DNA from: Clostridiaceae bacterium BRH_c20a
Lineage (GTDB): Bacteria > Bacillota > Peptococcia > Peptococcales > BICA1-8
Assembly: GCA_000961765.1 (NCBI GenBank)
Contig: LADT01000047.1
Span: 16,172-80,171 of the forward strand
Direction of reading: 5' to 3'
DNA: 64,000 bases
Part shown: one piece after another, positions 55,569 to 64,000 of the stretch
Layout: every line of letters starts with the position of its first letter
Position numbering within the stretch: position 1 is the stretch's first letter
The notes under the pieces: model-generated
Databases searched by the model: none
What the model saw: the letters and a program-made list of their open reading frames with translations, nothing else
What the model was told of the DNA's origin: nothing
Translations under genes and position numbers: made by a program

Positions 55569-57254
55569 ATGTCTACACCATTAAGGCGAAAAGTGGGAGA
55601 CTCTAGTGGCAGTCTTAAAGTGTTCTTCTTAATAATAGCTGCTTTATTAGTAGTAGTAAGTTTGACTTATTATTTGCCAAGCTACGAAATGACTCAGTTA
55701 AATAACACAGGCCAATTACAAATTTATTTTCAAGGTGAGCTAACCGACTCTGCTTTATATCGAGAGGAAGAAATATATCTGCCACTTTCCTTTATTAAAG
55801 AAAAGCTAGACCCTAATATTCTCTGGGATGAAAAAAGCAAAACTGTCATAATTACAACCGATAAGGAAGTTTTTCATCTCCCCTTAGGGAAAAGGGAAGG
55901 CATGGTCAATTTACAGCCTTATTCCTTTAGTTATCCCGTAATAGAAGAACAGGGGAAAATCTATTTACCATTACAACCCCTAGATAAATATTATAATTTT
56001 GAAGTAAAGCATATTAAGGATGAATCGGTACTTGCCATTCATGACTTAAAGGAGCCACTAACACAAGGGGTTACTTTAGCGGATGTTCGACTAAGGGCTA
56101 AGCCCAGTTTGAAAGCTCCCTGGCTTTACGAGCTAGAGCAAGGCAATAAGGTCTATATCATGAAGGAAGAGCAGGGCTGGTTCTGGATTGAAACTGAAGA
56201 AGGGCAGATGGGTTATATTAACGAGAAAGATGCTCAACTTTTAGGGATTAAGTGGTCGGAAATCAAGAAGGAGCCTTATCAGCCCTGGAATCCTCTAGGT
56301 GAAAGGATTATTTTGACCTGGGAGGGTGCCTGGGGTGCTACCATAAATCCTGAAAAATTAGGGGATTTGGCAGGGGTACAGGTGTTATCACCTACTTGGT
56401 TTAGTCTAGCTGAAGATGGGCTAGTGAAAAATACAGCGGATCTAAGGTATGTGAATTGGGCTCACAGTACAGGCAGACAGGTCTGGGGTCTTTTTGACAA
56501 TAGCTTTGACAAGGATTTAACCCATAATTTTTTACAGGATGCTGAGCTGAGAGCCAAGGCTATTAAGCAATTATTAACATATGTTGAACTCTATCAGTTA
56601 GACGGAATAAACTTAGACTTTGAAAACATGCATTTAAAAGATAAAGATGCTTATACACAGTTTGTAAGAGAGCTTGCACCTCTATTGCATGAAAAAGACC
56701 GTTCTATTTCTGTAAACGTAACTTTTATTTCTAAAAGTGAAAATTGGTCTATGATCTATGATCGCAAAGCATTAGGTGAGATAGTAGATTATATTACTGT
56801 TATGGCTTATGATGAGAACGGTACTTTTAGTAAAACTGCAGGCTCAGTAGCCTCAATACCCTGGGTTGAAAAAGGTATCAAGGAAATATTGATGGAAATG
56901 CCCCATGAAAAGATAATTTTAGGTGTACCCTTTTATACCCGCCTCTGGGAGGAACGGATTGGGGAAAATGGTGAGATGAAGCTGACCTCTAAGGCTATTT
57001 CCATGACCCGGGCTGAAAGCTGGGTTAAGGAAAATAACCTGAAACCGGAAAAAGATCCGTTCACAGGTCAGAATTATGTAGCAATGACAAAAAACGATGT
57101 AAATTATAAGATGTGGCTTGAGGATGAAGTTTCCTTAGAACAGCGGACTGAACTGATGAAGAAATTCCGCTTGGCCGGCTTAGCTGCTTGGAGGCGAGGC
57201 TTCGAAAAGGAAGAAACTTGGCCTGTTCTTAATAAAATGGTTAATAGTAGATAG
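55569..57254 (+). CDS. GH18 glycoside hydrolase with N-terminal copper-amine-oxidase-like and SH3b domains (spore cortex/peptidoglycan hydrolase-like)
   Basis: TM anchor, IYLPL.F, SH3b (LR.KPS...WFWIET.EG.MGYI), VLSPTWF, DGINLDFE catalytic motif, VMAYDE, LGVPFY. Confidence 0.85.
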   Translation: MSTPLRRKVGDSSGSLKVFFLIIAALLVVVSLTYYLPSYEMTQLNNTGQLQIYFQGELTDSALYREEEIYLPLSFIKEKLDPNILWDEKSKTVIITTDKEVFHLPLGKREGMVNLQPYSFSYPVIEEQGKIYLPLQPLDKYYNFEVKHIKDESVLAIHDLKEPLTQGVTLADVRLRAKPSLKAPWLYELEQGNKVYIMKEEQGWFWIETEEGQMGYINEKDAQLLGIKWSEIKKEPYQPWNPLGERIILTWEGAWGATINPEKLGDLAGVQVLSPTWFSLAEDGLVKNTADLRYVNWAHSTGRQVWGLFDNSFDKDLTHNFLQDAELRAKAIKQLLTYVELYQLDGINLDFENMHLKDKDAYTQFVRELAPLLHEKDRSISVNVTFISKSENWSMIYDRKALGEIVDYITVMAYDENGTFSKTAGSVASIPWVEKGIKEILMEMPHEKIILGVPFYTRLWEERIGENGEMKLTSKAISMTRAESWVKENNLKPEKDPFTGQNYVAMTKNDVNYKMWLEDEVSLEQRTELMKKFRLAGLAAWRRGFEKEETWPVLNKMVNSR

Positions 57255-57255
57255 G

Positions 57256-57277
57256 AACGGGCATTAGCCCGTTTTTT
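57256..57277 (+). terminator. Intrinsic terminator
   Basis: AACGGGC-atta-GCCCGTT plus TTTT. Confidence 0.75.
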
Positions 57278-57383
57278 CTTGCTTTTCTTGCAGGATTTTC
57301 TATTTTTATACTGAATTAGTAGAGGATTTTTAAAATAGCTACATATATGACTCATTCCGGTATATGGAGAGAGGTTTTGAAAC

Positions 57384-58226
57384 ATGACAACTAACCATTC
57401 TAAAGGATTTTATCTTTTTCTTGGATTTTTTTTAATTTTTTTTATTGGGTTTTTAGATTTTTGGATGGGCAAGGATATCCATTTTTCTTACTTTTATGTA
57501 ATCCCTATTTCCCTTGTGACCTGGTATGCTAGTGAGAATGCAGGACTGTTTATGTCAATATTGAGCGGAATTAGTTGGATGGTTACCGATATTTGGCTTT
57601 ACCCCAATAACTTAAGTTCTTCCATCTCATATATAAACACCTTTATCCAATTCAGTTTTCTAATTGTAGTTGTGTTGATTTTAAATAACTTAAAAAGTAA
57701 TTTGAATTTTGAAAAAACCTTTGCCCGTCAAGATTCTTTAACTGGGGTTTTTAACCGCAGGGCTTTTTATGAAGCTATTGAGTTAGAATTAGAGAGATCT
57801 CAGCGCTATAAGCGTCCATTTTCTTTGGCTTATATAGATTTGGATGAATTTAAGGCCATAAATGATATTTTAGGTCATGATACCGGTGATCAGGTTCTTT
57901 ATTCCGTGGGCAGCAATATCCTGCAAAGCATTCGAAAAACCGATACTCTAGCGAGGCTAGGTGGCGATGAGTTTGCGGTCCTAATGCCAGAAACCGAAGG
58001 TCCGGAGGCAATTGCGGTTATGGAGAGGGTAAAGGTGGGACTTTTAAAAACCATGCAGAAAAATATTTGGTTTGTTACCTTCAGTATTGGTATCGCCTCT
58101 TTTACAACTTCTCCTCAAAGTGTTGAGGAAGCCATAAAAAACGCTGATCGAATTATGTATCTAGCTAAAGATCAAGGTAAAAACACTATTAAGCATGAAA
58201 ATATTATCGGAGTGAGTGGTGATTGA
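57384..58226 (+). CDS. Membrane diguanylate cyclase
   Basis: About 4 N-terminal TM, DSLTGVFNRR, RKTD I-site, ARLGGDEF. Confidence 0.92.
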   Translation: MTTNHSKGFYLFLGFFLIFFIGFLDFWMGKDIHFSYFYVIPISLVTWYASENAGLFMSILSGISWMVTDIWLYPNNLSSSISYINTFIQFSFLIVVVLILNNLKSNLNFEKTFARQDSLTGVFNRRAFYEAIELELERSQRYKRPFSLAYIDLDEFKAINDILGHDTGDQVLYSVGSNILQSIRKTDTLARLGGDEFAVLMPETEGPEAIAVMERVKVGLLKTMQKNIWFVTFSIGIASFTTSPQSVEEAIKNADRIMYLAKDQGKNTIKHENIIGVSGD

Positions 58227-58250
58227 TTGATTATTTTAAGAAAAGGGTAA

Positions 58251-59555
58251 GTGTATATTTATACTACAATGAAAAGGAGTATAATTGTGCAAAAAGAAAT
58301 AGATGTACCTATATTTGATTTAGTTATCAGTTTCACCAATACATTGGACCTAATAAGTCCTCTTTTGGTTAACCATCATAAGCAGGTGAGCTATATTGCC
58401 TATGAAATTTCTGCGGAAATGGGACTTTCCTTTGAAGAGCAAAAGAATATCATGCTAGCCGGAGCCCTCCATGATATAGGAGGGATTACAGTACAAGAAA
58501 GAATAGGAGCTTTACAGTTTGAAGCAGAAAACCCTCATCTCCATGCAGAAACAGGTTACAGTCTTTTTAAAGCTTCTGAACCCTTTGCTGTGATTGCGGG
58601 CATTATTCGTTATCATCATAACTGGTGGGAGAAAGGAGAGGATTTTGTTCCTTTAGGTAGTCATATTGTGCATTTGGCTGATCGAGTTGCAATATCTATC
58701 GAAAAAGAAAAGGATATTTTAAGTCAGGTTGATGATATTGTAAGTATAATAGAAAAACAATCTGGAAGAATGTTTATGCCAAGTGTAGTACATGCATTTA
58801 AAGAATTAGCTCGCAAGGAAGTTTTTTGGTTTAATGCTACTTCACAATTTATTGTACAAGTTTTAAAAGAAAAGGTTAACCCGGAATATTTAAAAATGGA
58901 CATGGAAGGACTTTCTATCATAGCTAAAATATTCTCTCAGATTATAGACTTTCGCAGTCCATTTACTGCAAATCATTCCAGTGGGGTAGCTGCTACCTCC
59001 GAAGCGTTAGCTCGGCTTTTGTGTTTTTCTACCCGGGAACAGCTAATGATTAAGATCGCCGGTTTATTACATGATGTGGGTAAGCTTGCTATTCCTCAAG
59101 AAATATTAGAAAAAGCCGGACCCTTGACAAAAGAAGAATTCTGCCGAATAAAAGTTCATACTTATTACACCTATCGAACCCTTGCGCCAATAACAGAGCT
59201 AAGTGATATTAATAGGTGGTGCTCTTTCCACCATGAACGGTTAGATGGGACAGGTTATCCCTTCCGTTTAAAGGGGGACGAACTGCCTTTAGGCTCTAGA
59301 ATACTTGCAGTAGCCGATGTTTTCACTGCAATTACTGAGGAAAGACCTTATCGGAGAGGAATGACACAAAGTGAAGCATTAGCTGTTTTGAATAATATGT
59401 CAAAGGGCAATGCCCTTGATAAAAGAATAGTAGAGTTATTAATTGAAAACTATGGGGAAATTAACTTGGCCCGTTTGCAAGCTCAAAAAGAGGTTTGTGA
59501 GGATTATAGGACATTATTTGCTGAGCATAAGGACAAAGAAATCACCTTCTGTTAA
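58251..59555 (+). CDS. Tandem HD/HD-GYP domain protein (c-di-GMP phosphodiesterase-like)
   Basis: First HD (LHDIG, HH), second HD-GYP (NHSSGV, LHDVGK, HHERLDGTGYP, VADVFTA). Confidence 0.9.
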   Translation: MYIYTTMKRSIIVQKEIDVPIFDLVISFTNTLDLISPLLVNHHKQVSYIAYEISAEMGLSFEEQKNIMLAGALHDIGGITVQERIGALQFEAENPHLHAETGYSLFKASEPFAVIAGIIRYHHNWWEKGEDFVPLGSHIVHLADRVAISIEKEKDILSQVDDIVSIIEKQSGRMFMPSVVHAFKELARKEVFWFNATSQFIVQVLKEKVNPEYLKMDMEGLSIIAKIFSQIIDFRSPFTANHSSGVAATSEALARLLCFSTREQLMIKIAGLLHDVGKLAIPQEILEKAGPLTKEEFCRIKVHTYYTYRTLAPITELSDINRWCSFHHERLDGTGYPFRLKGDELPLGSRILAVADVFTAITEERPYRRGMTQSEALAVLNNMSKGNALDKRIVELLIENYGEINLARLQAQKEVCEDYRTLFAEHKDKEITFC

Positions 59556-59566
59556 GGGTGATTTTT
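59539..59566 (+). terminator. Intrinsic terminator overlapping the HD-GYP stop
   Basis: AAATCACCTT-ctgtt-AAGGGTGATTTTT. Confidence 0.6.
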
Positions 59567-59581
59567 CCTTTTGATTATGGC

Positions 59582-59609
59582 TTGACGAAAATCAACTTTG
59601 TTCTATTAT
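59582..59609 (+). promoter_or_regulatory. Putative sigma-A promoter for the RLAN/RimK pair
   Basis: TTGACG-N16-TATTAT. Confidence 0.4.
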
Positions 59610-59657
59610 TAAGTTAGTAAGGAAAATAACAATTTAAGGGGAATGTGGGGATGAAAA

Positions 59658-60266
59658 GTGAGTAATGCCATGCTTTTTAAGCCTAAGGACAATGGTGAAT
59701 TTATTTTTAACATGTTTGGTGACTATACTTATCTGACCGAAGGCTATTATAAATCTTTAGATGCCGAACTTAGAGGTATAAATATTAGGCCTACAACAGA
59801 AGAAGCCCTAGATGCCTATGTAGTACCTTTAGCTATGGAAAAAGCAAGACTATATGGTATTGCCGTTCCTGAGAATGAGATTATTACAGAAAAAATAACT
59901 CCACCGGTATTGGCTTATCCCATTAATCCCTATACCTCTAAGTTTGAGGTGGTTTCAGATAGTGATAATCTCAAGTCCAAACTCAATACCGTTACCATGA
60001 GCGGGAAATATCCTTCACTTTGTCAAAAGCTTCCTGAGGATTACCGAATTGACATTATCAGATGCTTTCTTGGGAAAACTCTCTTAAAAGAATATGAGGA
60101 ATTCGCAGCAAATATTTTTAAAGCGTTCCACATACCGTTAATGAAAATAAGGGTCATAGTAACATCTTCCCACTACTTATTTTCCGCTATTGAACCCCTT
60201 ATTTTTGATGAGCTTACCTTGAAAGAAAAAAAAATTATTGAGGAGTTAGGAACATGGCAAAGATAG
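59658..60266 (+). CDS. RimK-like ATP-grasp N-terminal (RLAN) domain protein
   Basis: NMFGDYTYLTEGYYKSLDAELRG..IRPT matches the recalled RLAN pattern NL..DY.Y...GYY.SL.AE.RG...P. Confidence 0.7.
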   Translation: MSNAMLFKPKDNGEFIFNMFGDYTYLTEGYYKSLDAELRGINIRPTTEEALDAYVVPLAMEKARLYGIAVPENEIITEKITPPVLAYPINPYTSKFEVVSDSDNLKSKLNTVTMSGKYPSLCQKLPEDYRIDIIRCFLGKTLLKEYEEFAANIFKAFHIPLMKIRVIVTSSHYLFSAIEPLIFDELTLKEKKIIEELGTWQR

Positions 60267-61132
60267 CGATATTTACAGAGAGATACACTATCCGCAGCTC
60301 TGTGGAGCTGGCTGCCCTTACTAATTATAGGATGGCTGCCTTTGAGCTGGGGCATCAGTTAGATTTTTTATTTCGAAATGAACTTAGATACTTGGGTAAT
60401 TATGACGCGGTTTTTATCAGAGCCTTGACAGATCCCTTAAATACAAGCTATGTCGTGGCCAGGATAGCCGAGATGAAAGGATTACGGGTTCTTGATGAAT
60501 CAGAGAGTATCAGAATCTGCTGCGACAAGGTCAATATGTACCAAAGGCTTTTAGCTAAGAATATTCCTATCCCCCAGACAGCTTTTTTAAATGCTAAAGA
60601 GGTTTCCCGGGAAAATGCGGCAGAACTCTTTGAAACTATGGGAATACCCTTGGTATTAAAAGCACCAAATTCCAGTTTTTCTGCTTATGTAGAAAAGGTT
60701 AAATCAGTCGATGAATTCTTAAAAGTAGGCAAAAGGTTTCTTCGGCGGGCTGACCGTATCATAGTTCAGCAATTTATGCCCAGTGAATTTGACTGGCGTG
60801 TTATTGTCTTAGCAGGCAAAGTACTAGCGGTAGTTAAATATATCTTTGCTGAAAACACTTGGCGCCTCATGGACCGCTCCCAGGCAGGAGAACACTGTAA
60901 TGTCCAGGGCTTTAAGGTTGAAGATGCAGAACCAGGTCTCTTAGAGGTGGCAGTAGATGCCGCTAATGCTATCGGTGAGAGTCTTTATGGTGTAGATATT
61001 AAAGAAGTGGATGGAGAGTATTTTGTTATCGAAGTAAATGATAATCCCAATATTGATGCGGGACTAGAGGACCAGTACAGCCCGGATATTTATAAGAAGA
61101 TTGTGCAGTATTTGGCGGGGGAAGAGTTTTAG
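60254..61132 (+). CDS. RimK-family ATP-grasp ligase
   Basis: DAVFIRA, ICCDK, IPIPQT, PLVLKAPNSSFS, QQFMP..FDWRV, YGVDIK, VIEVNDNP; overlaps the upstream gene by 13 nt. Confidence 0.88.
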   Translation: MAKIAIFTERYTIRSSVELAALTNYRMAAFELGHQLDFLFRNELRYLGNYDAVFIRALTDPLNTSYVVARIAEMKGLRVLDESESIRICCDKVNMYQRLLAKNIPIPQTAFLNAKEVSRENAAELFETMGIPLVLKAPNSSFSAYVEKVKSVDEFLKVGKRFLRRADRIIVQQFMPSEFDWRVIVLAGKVLAVVKYIFAENTWRLMDRSQAGEHCNVQGFKVEDAEPGLLEVAVDAANAIGESLYGVDIKEVDGEYFVIEVNDNPNIDAGLEDQYSPDIYKKIVQYLAGEEF

Positions 61133-61288
61133 AATAACTAGTGACTTTATAACCAGTTACTAGTTATTCTAAAAAGGTTAAGGTTGATGCTAAGGTTAAG
61201 GACTGTATAATATGGCAGATCCAAAAGAGATAGCAAAAAAAAAAGGGGCCACTGAAAGTGTTCACTTAATATGACAGATAGGTCAGCT

Positions 61289-61316
61289 TGTCATCCTGAG
61301 CGATAGCGAAGGATCT
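61289..61316. repeat. Half TGTCATCCTGAG-family element
   Basis: TGTCATCCTGAGCGATAGCGAAGGATCT. Confidence 0.7.
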
Positions 61317-61356
61317 TAGTATTAGACAGACCCCCTAATTATAATACTTTAATATT

Positions 61357-61863
61357 TTAGATTTTCTTTATTAAGGCTATTATTAGTCCAAATGAAATTA
61401 CTATAGATAGAAACATTAATAAAGTTATATAGTTGAAATAAACGGTATTGGTATAAATGCTAATCCCTGAAGTTATGTCGCTTACAAGTTCTATAGGTAT
61501 ATTTTTTTCTATTAATTGTTCCTTTATAAACATCAATTTTTTACACTGATGATACCAAGCCCACTTGTTTAAAAATATTGTTACAGGAAGTATTACTATA
61601 AAAAGGATTATTAAATTAAATTTGCCAAATGAAGTATTAGCAATTAAATTAATAAGATTAAAAGAAAACCAAAGAAGAACTAGAATTATAAGAAATATAG
61701 GTACTAGACCGGGATTACCATTTCCGGAAACTGTATTAAATTTATATCTATGTAGTGTTAATATGTCTATTAGAATTATTAAAACTATTATTATAAAAAA
61801 TACAATTCCCATCTTATTTCGTAATTTCATTTTCTCACCCTTCAATGATAGTTTAATTACCAA
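61357..61863 (-). CDS. Hypothetical membrane protein (about 4 TM)
   Basis: 168-aa ORF (likely start MKLRNK, about 10 codons in, after AAGGGTGAG); hydrophobic helices. Confidence 0.55.
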   Translation of the reverse strand: MVIKLSLKGEKMKLRNKMGIVFFIIIVLIILIDILTLHRYKFNTVSGNGNPGLVPIFLIILVLLWFSFNLINLIANTSFGKFNLIILFIVILPVTIFLNKWAWYHQCKKLMFIKEQLIEKNIPIELVSDITSGISIYTNTVYFNYITLLMFLSIVISFGLIIALIKKI

Positions 61864-62780
61864 GAACTATAATAAGGCACAATCATTGTCATATCAGGGG
61901 CGTTCACTACCCAGGAAAAATAATGTGTTCCAGTGTTGTATTGGCCACCATCTGGATCCTTTACTCCTGCATAAGTTTCTTCCCCTTCATAATATATTCC
62001 CATACCACAAACAAAGTGATAATCAGAATAAGTATTTGGGTTTGTATATAAATCAAAACGTAAGGCTACTGGTCTATTTTTATTAATTGCAGATTCATAC
62101 CAAGTCCAGTTTCCTTGGGCGCTTTGAGTTATTCTTTGCCAATCATCTGTATAGTTATGGTCTAGATGTTCTACCATACCGTAACCCCAATTATTTGCAG
62201 TAGTTCCAATTAATGCGCTTCCCATTTCACTATATACATAACTAGCACCATTATATGCAGCATTCTGACCATAACCTTCAAAACTCGTTCCAAAATTATT
62301 ATATAAAGTTCCGGAATACTTTCTGTAGCTTGTCCTATTAGCATCTGCATAATTTTCCCATTCAGAATGTCTACTTAATTCAGCAATTAAATTTGTAACA
62401 TGATGTGATGCGTTCAGATCTGAAAAATAATGTAGGGCCTTACCTAGGTATTGCATAGCTAAAGTGTTATTGCTATTATTCTTATCAAAATAGGTATTAG
62501 CTAGGCCCATATAGTACTTAAATCTTGACATTGCAGTAGGTGAACTCAGTTCTAGATAATTAACATGAGTGTAAGCATTCCAAAAGTGACCTATGAAAGT
62601 CCAGTTATCAGATTCGTAGACATCGGGCCAGTCGGCATAGGCAACTGCTTCATTAAAGTAGTTATACAAATAGTTTGCTGCATTTGTTTTACCATCACTA
62701 TCTAAGATATCTATGGCACAAGCAACCAAATATTGGTGTGAATGATTTCCTCCACCACTAACAAACTGACGATAAATCAT
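61857..62780 (-). CDS. Zn-dependent phospholipase C-like domain fused to the C-terminal half of a C39-like peptidase fold; possibly truncated or pseudogene
   Basis: FVSGGGNHSHQ, ADWPD, GHF, LGKALHYFSDL, SHH, HSEWE (PLC metal ligands), then INKNRPV, YHFVCGMG, VKDP. No signal peptide; in-frame stop 7 codons before the ATG. Confidence 0.6.
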   Translation of the reverse strand: MIYRQFVSGGGNHSHQYLVACAIDILDSDGKTNAANYLYNYFNEAVAYADWPDVYESDNWTFIGHFWNAYTHVNYLELSSPTAMSRFKYYMGLANTYFDKNNSNNTLAMQYLGKALHYFSDLNASHHVTNLIAELSRHSEWENYADANRTSYRKYSGTLYNNFGTSFEGYGQNAAYNGASYVYSEMGSALIGTTANNWGYGMVEHLDHNYTDDWQRITQSAQGNWTWYESAINKNRPVALRFDLYTNPNTYSDYHFVCGMGIYYEGEETYAGVKDPDGGQYNTGTHYFSWVVNAPDMTMIVPYYSSW

Positions 62781-62994
62781 ACTATCTTGACTACTCTTAG
62801 TTTAAATTGACTTTTTTAATAATTGGATCATTTGAAAAACTTGAAGTAATTGAAAAGAAGGTTGATAAACTTCCTCAAATGCTGTTCTATATACAACAAA
62901 GCGAAGAGAGTCCCTTCTAGTTCCTAATTAGAGCGGACTCCCTTATCTACAGTCTGGGAAAAAGGATCAAGTGCTTCCTTATTACAGGTTAATT

Positions 62995-63999
62995 TTAGTA
63001 TTCACTATTCTTTAAAAAAAACTTGTTTTCTTTAAATTGATATGATTTGATTTTAAACTTACCATTCTCATATTTTACTTCAAATGCTAAATCTTCCGAA
63101 GTGATATCCTGTACTTTTTTGCCTTTATTCTTTAAATCAAAGACCTCAAGTTTATCTTCACCAGTATTCTTAGTAATTACATATTCATTTGTCCAGAAAA
63201 TGCGTCTTGAGCCACTTAACTTGCCTTCTTTTGTTTTGGTGTTATTATTAAAAAGTGTTAAATAAGAATACGATTGTTCGGAAATATTTAGCCCATCAGT
63301 GGATTCAAATACCAGATATTCCCCATTGGGTGAGCCTTGCGGATTCATGGCATTACTAAATGCCAATGATGCTTCTTTGGAATCATCATTGTAAACTTTA
63401 ATAGCAGGTTTGCCATTTTCGTAAAAATCATAGTATAGGTTTTGGTCTTGATCCCAAGAAACATATACGTTGGCCGGGTATGTTAAGTCAGGATATTTAA
63501 AGGTATCTACTGTTTGCATTTCCCCTGTATTTATGTCTTGTATGCAAATGAAAACTGTACTACCAGTATTACTTTTTGTTCCAATAAAAGCTAGTTTATT
63601 TTTTGATACCGCAAAATCAAGCAATCCATTATCAAGCGTTGGACATAGATTTTCTATTTTTTTCTCTTTGTTCTTATAAATCATATTAGAACCTAATACA
63701 ACATCACCATTTGATAAGGTATTAAAAATAGGATTTTTTTCTGTCCATGCTTTATACGTAAACTCACCTATTAAATTATTGTCTTTATCTTTTATTGTAA
63801 ATATTAAACCGCCATCATCGGAAATTTCACTAGTATTATTTATTGTAATATCTCCAACTCTTTCAGAATTCTTAACTGAAACAGATGGTTTTTCTTTTGC
63901 ATATGGATCCGTTTCTAAAACCTTATCTTGTAAAAAGAAGCTTTTTAAGTTGTCGGCATTAGTTACCCCGACAAAACTAGCAAGAAGTAAAAGAATGGC
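62995..63999 (-). CDS. Secreted or membrane-anchored protein with beta-propeller-like (TolB-type) repeats; 5' end outside window
   Basis: The 229-aa ORF extends in frame, without stops, to the window edge (AILLLLASFVGVTNADNLK...). NPQGSPNGEYLVF is a PD40-like motif. Confidence 0.6.
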   Translation of the reverse strand, partial: AILLLLASFVGVTNADNLKSFFLQDKVLETDPYAKEKPSVSVKNSERVGDITINNTSEISDDGGLIFTIKDKDNNLIGEFTYKAWTEKNPIFNTLSNGDVVLGSNMIYKNKEKKIENLCPTLDNGLLDFAVSKNKLAFIGTKSNTGSTVFICIQDINTGEMQTVDTFKYPDLTYPANVYVSWDQDQNLYYDFYENGKPAIKVYNDDSKEASLAFSNAMNPQGSPNGEYLVFESTDGLNISEQSYSYLTLFNNNTKTKEGKLSGSRRIFWTNEYVITKNTGEDKLEVFDLKNKGKKVQDITSEDLAFEVKYENGKFKIKSYQFKENKFFLKNSEY

Positions 64000-64000
64000 T

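Noticed and set aside
61565-62086. 173-aa ORF (+) antisense to the membrane and PLC genes
   Set aside because: Shadow ORF of a hydrophobic, AT-rich antisense gene (Ile/Asn/Lys-rich) with no RBS.
627-63679. The remaining short ORF-track entries nested in or antisense to the long genes called above
   Set aside because: They are fully overlapped by well-supported genes and have no independent motifs or start signals.
1-64000. tRNA, rRNA, selenocysteine-recoded genes, known riboswitches
   Set aside because: None was recognised by eye. The Mo-enzyme and hydrogenase ORFs are uninterrupted by in-frame TGA. An Infernal/tRNAscan run would be needed to exclude weak hits.

Overview
Low-GC chromosomal segment from a spore-forming, anaerobically respiring Clostridia-class Firmicute (Peptococcaceae-like; inferred from prkA-yhbH-spoVR, Tat-exported DMSO-reductase-family operons and an [FeFe]-hydrogenase). 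Gene content, in order: (i) a GidA-like flavoprotein (partial) and a membrane transporter, an orphan gene, then a three-gene operon that looks like a rearranged cobalamin-dependent aminomutase-superfamily enzyme (stand-alone dimerisation-type subunit + B12-domain/TIM-barrel fusion + KamB-like P-loop protein), the best candidate for an undescribed system; (ii) prkA-yhbH-spoVR, transporters (2 EamA, TrpP with a TRAP-type (G/U)AG leader, ThiW), pfkA; (iii) trimeric HydCBA hydrogenase; (iv) a RAYT/Y1 transposase bounded by 19-bp inverted repeats; (v) recD2 and assorted small genes; (vi) a molybdoenzyme island: tatA, a cytoplasmic Mo-bisPGD enzyme + Fe-S subunit, PucR regulator, radical SAM protein, dmsD-ABC-ABC-dmsD; (vii) an NMT1/SsuA-type ABC transporter, c-di-GMP enzymes, an SLH phosphoesterase/beta-propeller, GH18, a split RLAN/RimK ATP-grasp pair, and an AT-rich end with a phospholipase C/C39-like chimera. 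Intergenic DNA carries several interleaved REP/MITE-like families and 6-7-nt periodic tracts, some of which supply gene C-termini. No rRNA, tRNA, CRISPR array or recognisable riboswitch was found. All family assignments come from motif recognition by eye and from recalled reference sequences; no database search was run.
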